NCBI GenBank assembly: GCA_047651235.1
Contig: CP178758.1
Location: 2,100,001-2,132,000 of the forward strand
DNA length: 32,000 nucleotides
Origin: Candidatus Electrothrix yaqonensis
Lineage (GTDB): Bacteria; Desulfobacterota; Desulfobulbia; Desulfobulbales; Desulfobulbaceae
Direction: 5' to 3'
This document shows, in pieces, positions 7,566-17,357 of the stretch. Position 1 is the first letter of the stretch, and each line of letters begins with the position of its first letter. The notes under the pieces were generated by a model, which was not told the origin of the DNA, made no database searches, and saw only the letters and a program-made list of their open reading frames with translations. The position numbers were made by a program, and so were the translations under genes.

Positions 7566-9095
7566 ATGAGATACGATTTTATCCTGCTGGTTATTTTTTT
7601 CCTGTTGAGTCTCTCCGGCTGCCGTGAGGAGGAGGATACGGTCGCGTCCCCTCCTGCGGCCGAACCGATTCCGGCAATGAAGGACGCAACAGTGGAGCAG
7701 CAGCCTCCTGTCCCTGCGGAGCCCGGATGCAGGGGATGTCATACCGATGTAATAATGGACGGCAGGCATGACTTTGCCTGTACAGACTGTCATTCGGGGA
7801 ATAACGAAACAGACCAAAAAGACCTTGCCCATCAGGGGATGGTTGCCCGGGCCGCAGATCCTGCACACATGGAAACAACCTGCGGCCGCTGTCATCCGGA
7901 ACAGACCTCCGGCTGTGCCCATTCTTCCCATTTCACTCTGAAGAATGCTGTTAATCTGGTCCGCCGCCATTTCGGTATTGAGCCGTTGCTGAACGGAGTA
8001 ACTGAAATTCCGGATCATGCAAATCCACCGGAAGACAAAGAGCAGCTGGTCAATGATCTTCTGCGCCGCCGCTGTCTGCGCTGTCATGTCTACAGCAAAG
8101 GAGACAGTTATCCCCATGTACGGCGCGGTACAGGCTGTGCGGTCTGTCATCTGCAATATACGGACGGTAGGCTGCACGGTCAGCCGGAAAACCATGCCTT
8201 CATTCGGCCCGAAGAACGGCAGTGCCTCAGTTGCCACTACGGTAATCATGTGGGCAGTGATTTTGTCGGTTACTATGAACATGATCATGACTGGTCGTAC
8301 CGCACTCCACATGTTACGCGCAAGGATTTTCTGCGTCCCTACGGTATTGAGCAGCATAATCTAGTCCCCGATATCCATCAGCAGGCCGGAATGACCTGCC
8401 TGGACTGCCACAGCGGAGCGGAGCTGGCCGGAAAAAAGCCTTCTGTGCAATGTGTTGACTGCCACAGTCCTGAGCAGGACGCCCAATCTGTCAGAGAAAA
8501 CATTCGGTTACAGGGAGAAGATGTCTTTCTGCAGCTACGCAATCAGGAAAAAAAAATACTGATTCCGCAGCTGCAGCATCCGGCCCATGCAAAATATATG
8601 AATCAGGTCGCCTGTCAGGTCTGTCATGCCCAGTGGGCCTTTAATGACCAGGCCGTGCATCTGCTGCTCAGTTATTCCGAGGATGCGGATCCCTGGCAGC
8701 GCCTTTCTGTGCAGTCCAGCTCTGAGGTGGAAAATTTTGTGGAGCACAACTTATACAGCGACAAGGATGAACGTGAACCGACCATGCCGGATCAGGTCAG
8801 CGGAAAGCGGAAGCCTGGCATCTGGTACGCCGGATTTACCACACGTCGCTGGGAAGACCTGTTGATCCACAAAGACAGAGATGATATCATCAAAGTGTTC
8901 AGACCGATTCTTGACCTTCGTCTTTCCGCTGCTGATGAAGACGGAGAGGTGATTGCCGATTTTGACAACCTGACCGGCCACAGTGACGGACTGCTGCCCT
9001 ACACGCCGCATACCACCGGCCCGGCAGGAATTTTTTATGAACAACGTTTTCTGCGCCTACTGACTGCGCAGCCCGACCATGCGGAGGAACAATAA
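7566..9095 (+). CDS. multiheme (nine CxxCH) c-type cytochrome lipoprotein
   Basis: 509 aa. Signal peptide has lipobox LSLSGC. Nine CxxCH motifs: CRGCH, CTDCH, CGRCH, CLRCH, CAVCH, CLSCH, CLDCH, CVDCH, CQVCH. The C-terminal ~170 aa carry no heme motif. Confidence 0.9.
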   Translation: MRYDFILLVIFFLLSLSGCREEEDTVASPPAAEPIPAMKDATVEQQPPVPAEPGCRGCHTDVIMDGRHDFACTDCHSGNNETDQKDLAHQGMVARAADPAHMETTCGRCHPEQTSGCAHSSHFTLKNAVNLVRRHFGIEPLLNGVTEIPDHANPPEDKEQLVNDLLRRRCLRCHVYSKGDSYPHVRRGTGCAVCHLQYTDGRLHGQPENHAFIRPEERQCLSCHYGNHVGSDFVGYYEHDHDWSYRTPHVTRKDFLRPYGIEQHNLVPDIHQQAGMTCLDCHSGAELAGKKPSVQCVDCHSPEQDAQSVRENIRLQGEDVFLQLRNQEKKILIPQLQHPAHAKYMNQVACQVCHAQWAFNDQAVHLLLSYSEDADPWQRLSVQSSSEVENFVEHNLYSDKDEREPTMPDQVSGKRKPGIWYAGFTTRRWEDLLIHKDRDDIIKVFRPILDLRLSAADEDGEVIADFDNLTGHSDGLLPYTPHTTGPAGIFYEQRFLRLLTAQPDHAEEQ

Positions 9096-10450
9096 TGATG
9101 AGAGGTTCTGGTATAAACTCAGATAAAGTACATTGGAGAAAAACGGCCTCTGCTCTGCTGCTCTGCCTGCTGCCGATCACAAACGGCTGCTCCCTGAAAA
9201 ATGTGGCGACCGACAAAGATGCTGCTGTCGGGGCAGAAGAAAAAATGGAGAAAATGCAGGCATTCCAGTCTGAAGACAGAGACGATGCAGCGGGAAAGGA
9301 AGAAACGGCGGCGGATGTCTCGGAGCAGGACAGGCAGGGCCGGGAATTGACGGTCATTATGCCGAATAAAACAAAAAAGCGAAAAAAGCATCCAGCAACA
9401 CAGCGCCCTTATGTTATTGAAGGGCACACCTACTATCCTATCCCTTCAGCCGACGGCTATAGAGAAAAAGGGTTCGCCTCCTGGTACGGCCCCCCTTTTC
9501 ACGGACGCAAAACAGCCAACGGTGAAATTTATAACATGTACAGCAGGACAGCTGCTCACAAAACCCTGCCGATGGGAACAATGCTGCTGGTAAAAAACCT
9601 GAAAAACGGAAAAAGTTCCGTGGTCCGGATTAATGACCGGGGGCCCTTTATTTCTGGCCGCATTATTGATCTCAGTTATAGCACAGCCTTGGAACTGGGC
9701 ATTGTAAACAACGGAACGGAACATGTGCAGATTGTTGCACTGGGTGAAGAGCTGGAAAATGAAAAAAAATTGAATACGCAGCTTGCTGCGCTGAGTGAAG
9801 AGAAGAAAGACGCCGCTCAAAAGCAGAAGAAGCAGGAGAACGAAAAAAACAAAAAAGACGGACAGAAAGAATACCATGTCCTGAAACCGACATTAAGGAA
9901 ACAGAAAAGGGATAATTCGAAGATTCAGCTTGCTTTGCTGGATGAAGACTTGGAAAAACAGGAGAAGGAAGAAAGCGGGCAGAAAGAGGATCATATCCTG
10001 AAACCGACACTGAAGAAACACAAAGAGAAAGAGGAAAATCCAAAAATTCAGATTGCGGCATTGGCCCGGGAAAACAAACGGCAATCAGCCGGGGAAAAAG
10101 AAAAGACTGTCCCTGAAATCAGCGGCCAAAGCAAAAAACTGCTTCATCAGGATTTTGACAAAGGCACCTTTTATGTGCAGACACGTACTTTTGAACAGAG
10201 ACAGGAAGCCCGCAAACTCGCCCGCTTTTTTGCCGACCGGGGACGGGATGTCATTATTCAGCAGTTTCCGGCTGCCGGAACCAATTTTTTCCGGGTCATG
10301 GTTTTCAGCAGCACATCGCTCAGGCAGGCTGAACAGGATAGAGACAGCCTGCGGCAGATGGGATTCCGCGGCGCTTTTGTGATCAACAGGGATGAGCAGC
10401 CAAAAGGGAAGAAAAGGCAGAAGCTGGGCGAGGAAATCGCTGTACGCTGA
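9095..10450 (+). CDS. rlpA: septal ring lytic transglycosylase RlpA family lipoprotein with C-terminal SPOR domain
   Basis: Lipobox LPITNGC. DPBB/RlpA core is GFASWYGPPFHGRKTANGEIYNMYSRTAAHKTLPMGTMLLVKNLKNGKSSVVRINDRGPF. A Lys/Glu-rich linker follows. The SPOR-like C-terminus reads FYVQTRTFEQRQEARKLARFF...FFRVMV. The ATG overlaps the cytochrome stop (TAATG), with GGAGG 7 nt upstream. Confidence 0.9.
   Translation: MMRGSGINSDKVHWRKTASALLLCLLPITNGCSLKNVATDKDAAVGAEEKMEKMQAFQSEDRDDAAGKEETAADVSEQDRQGRELTVIMPNKTKKRKKHPATQRPYVIEGHTYYPIPSADGYREKGFASWYGPPFHGRKTANGEIYNMYSRTAAHKTLPMGTMLLVKNLKNGKSSVVRINDRGPFISGRIIDLSYSTALELGIVNNGTEHVQIVALGEELENEKKLNTQLAALSEEKKDAAQKQKKQENEKNKKDGQKEYHVLKPTLRKQKRDNSKIQLALLDEDLEKQEKEESGQKEDHILKPTLKKHKEKEENPKIQIAALARENKRQSAGEKEKTVPEISGQSKKLLHQDFDKGTFYVQTRTFEQRQEARKLARFFADRGRDVIIQQFPAAGTNFFRVMVFSSTSLRQAEQDRDSLRQMGFRGAFVINRDEQPKGKKRQKLGEEIAVR
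9863..10066 (+). repeat. imperfect tandem duplication (~117-123 nt, ~39-41 aa units) inside the rlpA linker
   Basis: CAGAAAGA..CATrTCCTGAAACCGACA recurs at 9863 and 9980. The protein units are QKEYHVLKPTLRKQKRDNSKIQLALL.. and QKEDHILKPTLKKHKEKEENPKIQIAAL.. Confidence 0.7.
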
Positions 10451-10743
10451 TTTTCATTATAGCTTCGGCATATGAGCATGAAGAACGAAATCCATGCGGT
10501 TACAGGAGGTTTCGGCTATTCCGGCAAACGCATTTCCCGGCGGACAGCCGGAGTTGTGTGTGCTCTTTTATGCAGTGCGATATTTATGATGATAAACCGT
10601 GCAGTCTGTGTTCTGATAAGAGAATGTTTATTTTCTTACGAGCTGAGAACAGCGGCCAACTTCTCATAGGTATATTATCACACGGGACGCGACACTTAAC
10701 TAATTTTCCAGACTAAACGTATCTTTTTCTTTCTGTCAAGCAC

Positions 10744-11955
10744 TCAGACTGCGTCATCTCCGTTCTTCAGCGGAATAATCCGCACCCGGATAACATCCCG
10801 CACAGACTCGATCTCTCTGCAGACCTCCGATGAGACAGGAGATTCTGTGTCAATGATATTATAACCGAGCGTACCGTTACTCTTGTTGGTATAGCTCATG
10901 ATGTTGATACCGTGCCTGCCGAGAATATTGCTCACCAGGCCGATCATCCCCGGAATATCGCGGTTGATTATGATCAGGCGGGAATGACTTCCGGCTGCAG
11001 GAATGCTCTCGGCATTGGGAAAATTGACACTATGGGTGATTGTGCCGTATTCCAGGTAGTTTTTCAGCTCCCTGACCGCCATGCAGGCGCAGTTCTCCTC
11101 CGACTCCGAGGTCGAGGCGCCGAGATGGGGAGAGAGCAGTATCCTGTCATGGCCGATGAGTAATTCCGAGGGGAAGTCAGAGAGATAACCGGTAATATGC
11201 CCTGAGGCAAGTGCCTGCAGCAGTGCCTCCTCATCCACTATCGGCCCGCGCGCGTAGTTGATCAGCAGGCTGCCCTGTTTCATGCTGCCGAGAAAATCCT
11301 TACCAACCAGCCCGGCAGTTCCTTTATTCAACGGCACATGCAGGGAGAGAAAATCAGCCTGAGCCAGGACCTCCTGCCGGGACTTTGCCAGTTCCACCTC
11401 CGGCAGCAGACCGTGAATATTATCCAGCACCGGATAGGGATCATAGCCGATCACCCGCATATTATGATGAATTCCCATATTGGCAATGCGCACACCGATC
11501 TGGCCCAGCCCGATGATGCCCAAGGTTTTGCCTGCCATTTCCTGCCCTTTAAAGAGCTTCTTGCGGGTTTCCACCTCGTGGTTGAGTTCTGCCCTGCCGA
11601 GTCCGATCAGACCGTCGCAAAAGACCAGCCCCTGCTCAACATTGCGCAGCCAGATACCCAGCATGGTAAAAACCAGCTCAACCACGGCATTGGCATTAGC
11701 CCCCGGCGTGTTGAACACGCAAATTCCCTGTTCCGAGGCTTCATCCACCGGGATGTTATTCACCCCTGCCCCGGCTCTGGCTATGGCCACCAGGTTCGGG
11801 AATTCATCCAGCACGACCGGAGAGCTGCGCACCAGCAGCCCTTGGGCCTCTTCCATGGCCGCATCCAGCCGATAATTTTCTCCAAAAAGTTCCAGTCCTT
11901 CAGCGGCAATGGTATTTATTAGGTTGATGCTGTATTTCACGTTGTACCCCGTCAT
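10744..11955 (-). CDS. serA: D-3-phosphoglycerate dehydrogenase with C-terminal ACT domain
   Basis: NAD-binding loop GIIGLGQIGVRIA, active-site region LSPHLGAST, and an ACT-like tail (LIIINRDIPGMIGLVSNILG). ORF track start 12003 is TTG. ATG 11955 or GTG 11940 (giving MKYSINLIN...) are more plausible starts. Confidence 0.9.
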   Translation of the reverse strand: MTGYNVKYSINLINTIAAEGLELFGENYRLDAAMEEAQGLLVRSSPVVLDEFPNLVAIARAGAGVNNIPVDEASEQGICVFNTPGANANAVVELVFTMLGIWLRNVEQGLVFCDGLIGLGRAELNHEVETRKKLFKGQEMAGKTLGIIGLGQIGVRIANMGIHHNMRVIGYDPYPVLDNIHGLLPEVELAKSRQEVLAQADFLSLHVPLNKGTAGLVGKDFLGSMKQGSLLINYARGPIVDEEALLQALASGHITGYLSDFPSELLIGHDRILLSPHLGASTSESEENCACMAVRELKNYLEYGTITHSVNFPNAESIPAAGSHSRLIIINRDIPGMIGLVSNILGRHGINIMSYTNKSNGTLGYNIIDTESPVSSEVCREIESVRDVIRVRIIPLKNGDDAV

Positions 11956-12131
11956 TCCGGTTCGCTCTGAACATCTCCTGCAGCCAGTGACGAAGAAATA
12001 CAATGAATACTATGTGGTTGTCAAGAGAATCTCTTGGCCGACCAACTATGGGTGCCGATTATATTTGGTCTTGCTGACGATCTTCAAGTCAAAAATCAAA
12101 TCGAAAAAAATCTTGAGAAGCTGCTTTCTGA

Positions 12132-12160
12132 TTGACAATTTAGGGGGATCACTACATTAT
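12132..12160 (+). promoter_or_regulatory. candidate sigma70 promoter for the PAS-protein gene
   Basis: TTGACA (12132-12137), 17-nt spacer, CATTAT (12155-12160), about 180 nt upstream of the likely start. Confidence 0.3.
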
Positions 12161-12338
12161 CCTTAATCTGGACAAGGAAAGAATAATACACTGCGGAAAC
12201 AATGACCTTGCGAAGCACGCTCGGTAGTCGGAAAGCACCTGATCAACAGGTTTAATCCACGAACCAGAACATGGAACTATGCCTTTCAGCCTGTTTTCTT
12301 TTTTTTTCCGGAGAAACCGGACCTCGGAGGAAACTGCC

Positions 12339-13010
12339 ATGCTGCGGCAGGAGCTTGAGATACTGCGTAAACGGGTTGCCGAACTTGAATCGACGAAAGC
12401 CAAACGGCAGCAGGCGGAACGGGAAATACTCGAGCACCAGAAACGTCTGAACAAAGCCGAGGAGGTCGCTCATCTCGGCAGCTGGGAGATGGATATCGCC
12501 ACCGGAGAGAGCAGATGGTCGGATGAGTTTTACCGGATATGCGGGCTTGAACCCGGATCGGTCAGTCCGTCCGCTGAGGTGGGGCTGAAGCTCATTCATC
12601 CCGATGACAGAGTACGGGCGATTGAAGCAGTGAACCGGGCCATTGAGGCAGGAGATAACTACAGGATGGAAAAGCGGATTGTCAGACCGGACAGTTCTGT
12701 CCGCTATGTTCAGTCGATAGGAGAAATTCTGTCTGATAAGGAGGGGCGGCCCGAAAAACTGATGGGATCGTTTCTGGATATCACCGAACTCAAAAAAGCG
12801 GAACAGGAACGGGAACAGCTCATTGAACAGCTTCAGACGGCACTTGCCAATGTGAAACAGCTGAAAGGGCTTCTTCCCATCTGCGCATGGTGCAAGAATA
12901 TCCGGGATGATCAGGGATACTGGCATCAGGTTGAAGTGTATATCCGGGATCATTCTGACGCCAATTTCACGCACGGTATCTGTCCTGAGTGCAGCAGAAA
13001 AGTTATATGA
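12339..13010 (+). CDS. PAS-domain protein with N-terminal coiled coil and C-terminal Cys-rich (CxxC...HxxCxxC) module
   Basis: ORF track 12279..13010. ATG 12339 has GGAGG (12326-12330) 8 nt upstream. PAS_3-like core is HLGSWEMDIATGESRWSDEFYRICG...IHPDDR...FLDITELK. The C-terminus reads LPICAWCKNIRDDQGYWHQVEVYIRDHSDANFTHGICPECSRK. Confidence 0.8.
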   Translation: MLRQELEILRKRVAELESTKAKRQQAEREILEHQKRLNKAEEVAHLGSWEMDIATGESRWSDEFYRICGLEPGSVSPSAEVGLKLIHPDDRVRAIEAVNRAIEAGDNYRMEKRIVRPDSSVRYVQSIGEILSDKEGRPEKLMGSFLDITELKKAEQEREQLIEQLQTALANVKQLKGLLPICAWCKNIRDDQGYWHQVEVYIRDHSDANFTHGICPECSRKVI

Positions 13011-13035
13011 TTTTTGGAGATTGACAGTGAATCCG

Positions 13036-13074
13036 GACGCCACTGATCCTTATCAGTTGCCAGCGTCAGCTTTT
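13036..13074 (+). terminator. possible intrinsic terminator after the PAS gene
   Basis: Interrupted stem GACGC-CTGAT / ATCAG-GCGTC with a CCTT loop, followed by AGCTTTT, 26 nt after the stop. The asymmetric internal loop and short U-run make it weak. Confidence 0.3.
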
Positions 13075-13343
13075 CAGTAGATTCGCCAATGCAGGACAGT
13101 CCGGCCTTCTGTCAGAAAACTTCTTACGCCTCTTCCCTCAACGTTAATTTTTTACCTCCTGCTCACCCGATCAGGCCGTCACAGACGGCCAACCCCCTGC
13201 TGAATATTGTGCAGTAAAATACCCACATCGTTCTGTGTACAGCCCGCAAAAAAAGAAAATGACTGCCCTCCACTGTATACTTGATATAGATAATCTTTCC
13301 TGATTAGTTAATATCAACACTTGACAACGCCGGAAAAATATAT

Positions 13344-13370
13344 TTGATTGTCTGATTTTTCTGTGATAAT
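13344..13370 (+). promoter_or_regulatory. candidate extended -10 promoter for the response-regulator gene
   Basis: TGtGATAAT (13362-13370) has TTGATT (13344-13349) upstream. The spacer is only 15 nt, so the call is tentative. Confidence 0.3.
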
Positions 13371-13527
13371 CGTTTATATAGAGCAAGTAATTTATGAGAT
13401 TCCAGACAGAGAAAAAATACCATAGAATTATCCGGTCAGCAATCAACCTTTACAGACTGCCCTCCTCTTTATTTATGTCCGATCTGTTTTTCTCTGTACC
13501 GAATATACTGTAATACGGAGTGCGTAT

Positions 13528-14871
13528 ATGTACGATATACTGATCGTTGATGATGACCTGTTTGCCCTTGCCCTGCTGGAGGAGCAGCTGAAGAGTTACG
13601 GTGATTTCTTCACGCCTGTCTATGCCAGCAACGGCAAAGAGGCTGTGGAGATATTAAGTCAGGTCGAGATTTCACTGCTTGTTACCGACCTTATCATGCC
13701 GGGGGAAATAAATGGTTGGCATCTCATCGAATATATAGAAAACTTTCATCCGAATATTCCCATTGTCGTTATTACAGGGTGCAAGGATGAAGAGAAAGTC
13801 ACCCGGCTGAAAGGCAGGGTCCGGGAGATTCTCCTGAAACCGATCCGGGTGAAACAGTTAGTTAAAATCGTTACAACGATCCTGAATGAGGATATCGCCA
13901 GCGGCACCCTGAAGGGAGTATCTGTGGGTTCTTTTCTTCAGCTGCTGGAAATGGACGAAAAGACCTGCCTGCTCGAAGTCGGCAACTCGCCGAAAAACAA
14001 AGGCCTGCTGTATATCCATCAGGGCAAGCTCTATGATGCTGAATACGGCGACCTGCAGGACTATGAAGCCGCGTGTCACCTTATTGCCCTGGACAATGTC
14101 AGCTTCAAGATCAAGGCTCTGCCCAAGTTGGAAATCCGCAGACGGATCAAGACAGAGCTGATGTCGATTATTATGGATGCAATGAAGCTTAAAGATGAGG
14201 TGAACTTGGAAAATGCAAACCTGCTGGATGCCCCGCCCAGAAAAGAACTAACAGATGAACCAGCAGATGCGGAGCAGAATAGGGAGGATGACGACGATAC
14301 GCATCACGCCTTTGAAGCAGACTGGCGGGAGGCAATTGAAGAAGAAGAAAAAATAGAAGCCGGAAAGGAGGAACAGGACAGAGAAAAACAGGAGGATCAA
14401 CCGGCAGAGGAAATATCCGAAATATCCGTCCTGCCGTCGGCAGAATCAACAGAGCCTGTTCAGGAAAGCGGGCAGAAAAATCTGACGAAAAGCAAAAAAA
14501 CGGCATCTCTGGAAACCTTGCTGGAACGACTGCGCAGCATCAAAGGATACAAAGCATCCGGCATCATGGATATCACCGGCGAGGCATTTGCCGTCGATTG
14601 TATTGATACCCACATTGACCCTGAAAATATCGGCGCTGTGTTTAACGATCTTTTCCGCTCCGCCCATGAAGCTGCTGAGAATGCAGGTCTGCTGACCTGC
14701 AATGAGTTGACCCTGAAAACGCCTGACTCGATTATTATTCTCTATAGTTCAGGCACACACTCAGTTGTCCCTTTTCATCTCATCGCCGTGCTGGACAAAG
14801 ACGGCAACCGGGCCCTGACCCGGATCCAGCTGGCCCGGCTTATCCCGCTTGCCGCCCAGGAGCTGGGCTGA
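13528..14871 (+). CDS. response regulator: REC + DUF4388/PATAN + acidic disordered linker + Roadblock/LC7-like C-terminal domain
   Basis: REC has DDD (8-10), the phospho-acceptor context [10 protein letters not shown], and LLKP. The PATAN-like segment is [26 protein letters not shown]...[24 protein letters not shown]. An E/D-rich stretch of ~110 aa follows. The C-terminus [19 protein letters not shown]...[11 protein letters not shown] resembles Roadblock/MglB folds. GGAG lies 7 nt before the ATG. Confidence 0.85.
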   Translation: MYDILIVDDDLFALALLEEQLKSYGDFFTPVYASNGKEAVEILSQVEISLLVTDLIMPGEINGWHLIEYIENFHPNIPIVVITGCKDEEKVTRLKGRVREILLKPIRVKQLVKIVTTILNEDIASGTLKGVSVGSFLQLLEMDEKTCLLEVGNSPKNKGLLYIHQGKLYDAEYGDLQDYEAACHLIALDNVSFKIKALPKLEIRRRIKTELMSIIMDAMKLKDEVNLENANLLDAPPRKELTDEPADAEQNREDDDDTHHAFEADWREAIEEEEKIEAGKEEQDREKQEDQPAEEISEISVLPSAESTEPVQESGQKNLTKSKKTASLETLLERLRSIKGYKASGIMDITGEAFAVDCIDTHIDPENIGAVFNDLFRSAHEAAENAGLLTCNELTLKTPDSIIILYSSGTHSVVPFHLIAVLDKDGNRALTRIQLARLIPLAAQELG

Positions 14872-14953
14872 ATCCGGCAACGTACTACCGCGCTGTTCCT
14901 TCCTCTCCCCTGCCCCGGTCAACGCAGCAAAGAACGGGGACAACTCCGCAATC

Positions 14954-17050
14954 TTACTCTTCAGCAGCCCCTTCTTCGGCAAGCGCAGCCTTGCGGCTCA
15001 GCCGGATGCGTCCGCGGCCGTCAATATCAATGATTTTGACTTTGACGTTATCTCCTTCTTTCAGGATATCGGAGACCTTATTCACCCGATGCTCAGCCAG
15101 CTCGGAGATATGCACCATGCCGTCGGTTCCCGGCAGAACTTCAACAAACGCCCCGAAATCCTTAATGCTCTTCACTACCCCATTGTATACCCTGCCGATC
15201 TCCGGCATGGCGGTCAGTCCTTCAATATGCGCTACTAGGGCCTCGGCCGATTTCGTGCTTGTGGAGAAAATTTTAATGGTGCCGTCATCATCCACATCGA
15301 TTTTGGATTCAAATTCTGCGGTCATCTCCCGGATAATCTTGCCGCCCGGACCGATGATATCGCGGATCTTGTCCTGATGGATCTTCATGGTCACATACTT
15401 GGGCGCATGGTCAGCAACCTCGTCGCGGGGAATGCCGATGGCTTCTTCCATTCTGCCCAGGATATGCAGCCGTCCTTCCTTGGCCTGAGACAGGGCATCG
15501 GACATGATGGTCCGGTCAACGCCGTCGATTTTGATATCCATCTGCAGAGCGGAAATCCCCTGCGCAGTGCCCACTACCTTAAAATCCATATCTCCGAGAT
15601 GATCCTCATCGCCCAAGATATCCGTGAGCACGACTACCTTGTCATCTTCCTTGATCAGCCCCATAGCTACCCCGGAAACTGGCGCCTTGATGGGCGCACC
15701 GGCATCCATCAGGGCAAGGCTGGCGCCGCAGACCGTGGCCATGGATGAGGAACCGTTGGATTCAAGGATTTCCGAGGCCACACGCATGGTGTAGGGAAAA
15801 TCAGCCGGATCAGGCAGGACCGCTTCAATGCCGCGCCGGGCAAGGGTACCGTGTCCAATATCGCGCCGGCTGGGGCCGCGCATCATCCGGGCCTCGCCCA
15901 CGCAGAAGGGGGGAAAATTATAATGCAGCATGAAACGTCGGTAGTTGTCGCCTGCCAGCCCTTCCACATGCAGCTCATCGCGCTCGGAACCCAAGGTAGC
16001 AACCACCATAGCCTGGGTTTCGCCACGGGTGAACAGGGCTGAACCGTGGGCCTTAGCCAACACCCCGACCTCACAGTCAATAGGGCGGACCTCATCAAAG
16101 CGGCGCCCGTCAAGACGTTGGCCCTGCTGCACGATTCTCTCCCGCATGACTTCCTTTTTGTAGGCACTCAGAAGATCAAAGACCTCTCCTTCGTTTTCAT
16201 ACAGCTCTTCATCAAGCGCGGCAATGACCTCATCCTTGAGAAGGTCATACCGGGCATTACGTTCGATTTTTCCTGCCGTGGTGACCACCTCTTCCATTCC
16301 GGCAGCAGCAGCTTCTTCCACCTTGGCCTTCAGGGCTTCATTGACTGCAGGCGGTTCAACCACCCGTTTCTCCCTGCCCAGTTCCTCGCGCAGTGCCTTC
16401 TGGGCAGCAATCAGCGGCTGGATACCCTCATGGGCAAAAAAGATCGCCTCCAGCACCACCTCCTCACTCAGTTCACTGGTGCAGCCTTCCACCATAACCA
16501 CTGCCGCTTCAGTTCCGGCAACAACAAGGTTCATGGCTGATTTGGCCAGCTGGCTCACCGTAGGATTCAGGACATACTCGCCGTTGACGTAGCCGACCCG
16601 TGCAGCCGCCACAGGCCCGGCCCAGGGCACATCAGACAGGGTGAGCGCAGCAGAAGCCCCGTTCATGGCCAGAATATCCGGATCAATTTCCTGGTCTGCT
16701 GAAAAAACAGTGGTGATCAGCTGGGTTTCCGACATATATCCCTTAGGAAATAGCGGACGCAGAGGACGGTCGATCAGGCGGCAGGTCAGGATCTCCTTTT
16801 CTGAAGGACGACCAATTTCCCGGCGGAAATAGTTGCCCGGAATACGACCGGCAGCATACATCCGCTCCTGATATTCAATGGTCAGCGGCAGAAACCCCAT
16901 GTCTTTTATCTTTTTTTCCGCAACCACAGTGACAAGCACCATTGTATCGCCGCAGGATACCACGACGGAACCGCTGGCCTGCTTTGCCATCTTGCCGGTC
17001 TCAATGGATATCGTCCGACCGCCGATTTCGACTTCTTTCTTCGTATACAT
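14954..17050 (-). CDS. pnp: polyribonucleotide nucleotidyltransferase (PNPase)
   Basis: 698 aa with two RNase PH domains, KH and S1 ([33 protein letters not shown]). AAGGAG RBS precedes the ATG at 17050. Confidence 0.98.
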   Translation of the reverse strand: MYTKKEVEIGGRTISIETGKMAKQASGSVVVSCGDTMVLVTVVAEKKIKDMGFLPLTIEYQERMYAAGRIPGNYFRREIGRPSEKEILTCRLIDRPLRPLFPKGYMSETQLITTVFSADQEIDPDILAMNGASAALTLSDVPWAGPVAAARVGYVNGEYVLNPTVSQLAKSAMNLVVAGTEAAVVMVEGCTSELSEEVVLEAIFFAHEGIQPLIAAQKALREELGREKRVVEPPAVNEALKAKVEEAAAAGMEEVVTTAGKIERNARYDLLKDEVIAALDEELYENEGEVFDLLSAYKKEVMRERIVQQGQRLDGRRFDEVRPIDCEVGVLAKAHGSALFTRGETQAMVVATLGSERDELHVEGLAGDNYRRFMLHYNFPPFCVGEARMMRGPSRRDIGHGTLARRGIEAVLPDPADFPYTMRVASEILESNGSSSMATVCGASLALMDAGAPIKAPVSGVAMGLIKEDDKVVVLTDILGDEDHLGDMDFKVVGTAQGISALQMDIKIDGVDRTIMSDALSQAKEGRLHILGRMEEAIGIPRDEVADHAPKYVTMKIHQDKIRDIIGPGGKIIREMTAEFESKIDVDDDGTIKIFSTSTKSAEALVAHIEGLTAMPEIGRVYNGVVKSIKDFGAFVEVLPGTDGMVHISELAEHRVNKVSDILKEGDNVKVKIIDIDGRGRIRLSRKAALAEEGAAEE

Positions 17051-17314
17051 GCAAACTCCTTTGCGTTCAGCTGTCCCTGCTGTTTCCGCAAATCATTTTT
17101 TTCTTCAGGTCAAGTGACCTGACAGGGACACTGTTCTTCCTTCACAGACCCGCCAGTCGGGCCTTTCTGTTATTTTTTTGGCTTGATATTTTTTATTTTT
17201 TTATATGTGGAAGACTCTACAGTTGACACAACCGTCAAGCATTTTTTTTGAGAAAAAATCAAACTGTTCCGCAGCACTCGTTTCATGTTGATTCATACTG
17301 AATATACACACTGT

Positions 17315-17357
17315 AAATAAAAATTTTCCTGCTGCACAACAGGGTACAACAGGAAAA
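17315..17357 (-). terminator. intrinsic terminator/attenuator downstream of rpsO
   Basis: On the - strand transcript: UUUUCCUGUUG, 12-nt loop, CAGCAGGAAAA (11 bp including one G-U), followed by UUUUUAUUU. It starts 55 nt after the rpsO stop. Confidence 0.65.

Noticed and set aside
7494-8357. 287-aa ORF on the - strand
   Set aside because: Antisense to the multiheme cytochrome gene, which has nine CxxCH motifs and a lipobox. The antisense product has no features.
8548-8556. A9 homopolymer inside the cytochrome CDS (also A8 in rlpA near 9761 and A8/T8 in ylxR at 22943-22950) as possible phase-variation tracts
   Set aside because: All sit in Lys-rich coding contexts (AAA AAA codons) and keep the frames intact. 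A single sequence gives no evidence of length variation.
10472-10669. 65-aa ORF in the rlpA-serA convergent spacer
   Set aside because: No RBS, odd composition and no motifs. It is probably non-coding 3' UTR space.
13171-13446. 91-aa - strand ORF in the AT-rich intergenic region
   Set aside because: AT-rich region with Ile/Phe/Tyr-rich junk-like translation and no RBS. It is better explained as regulatory DNA.
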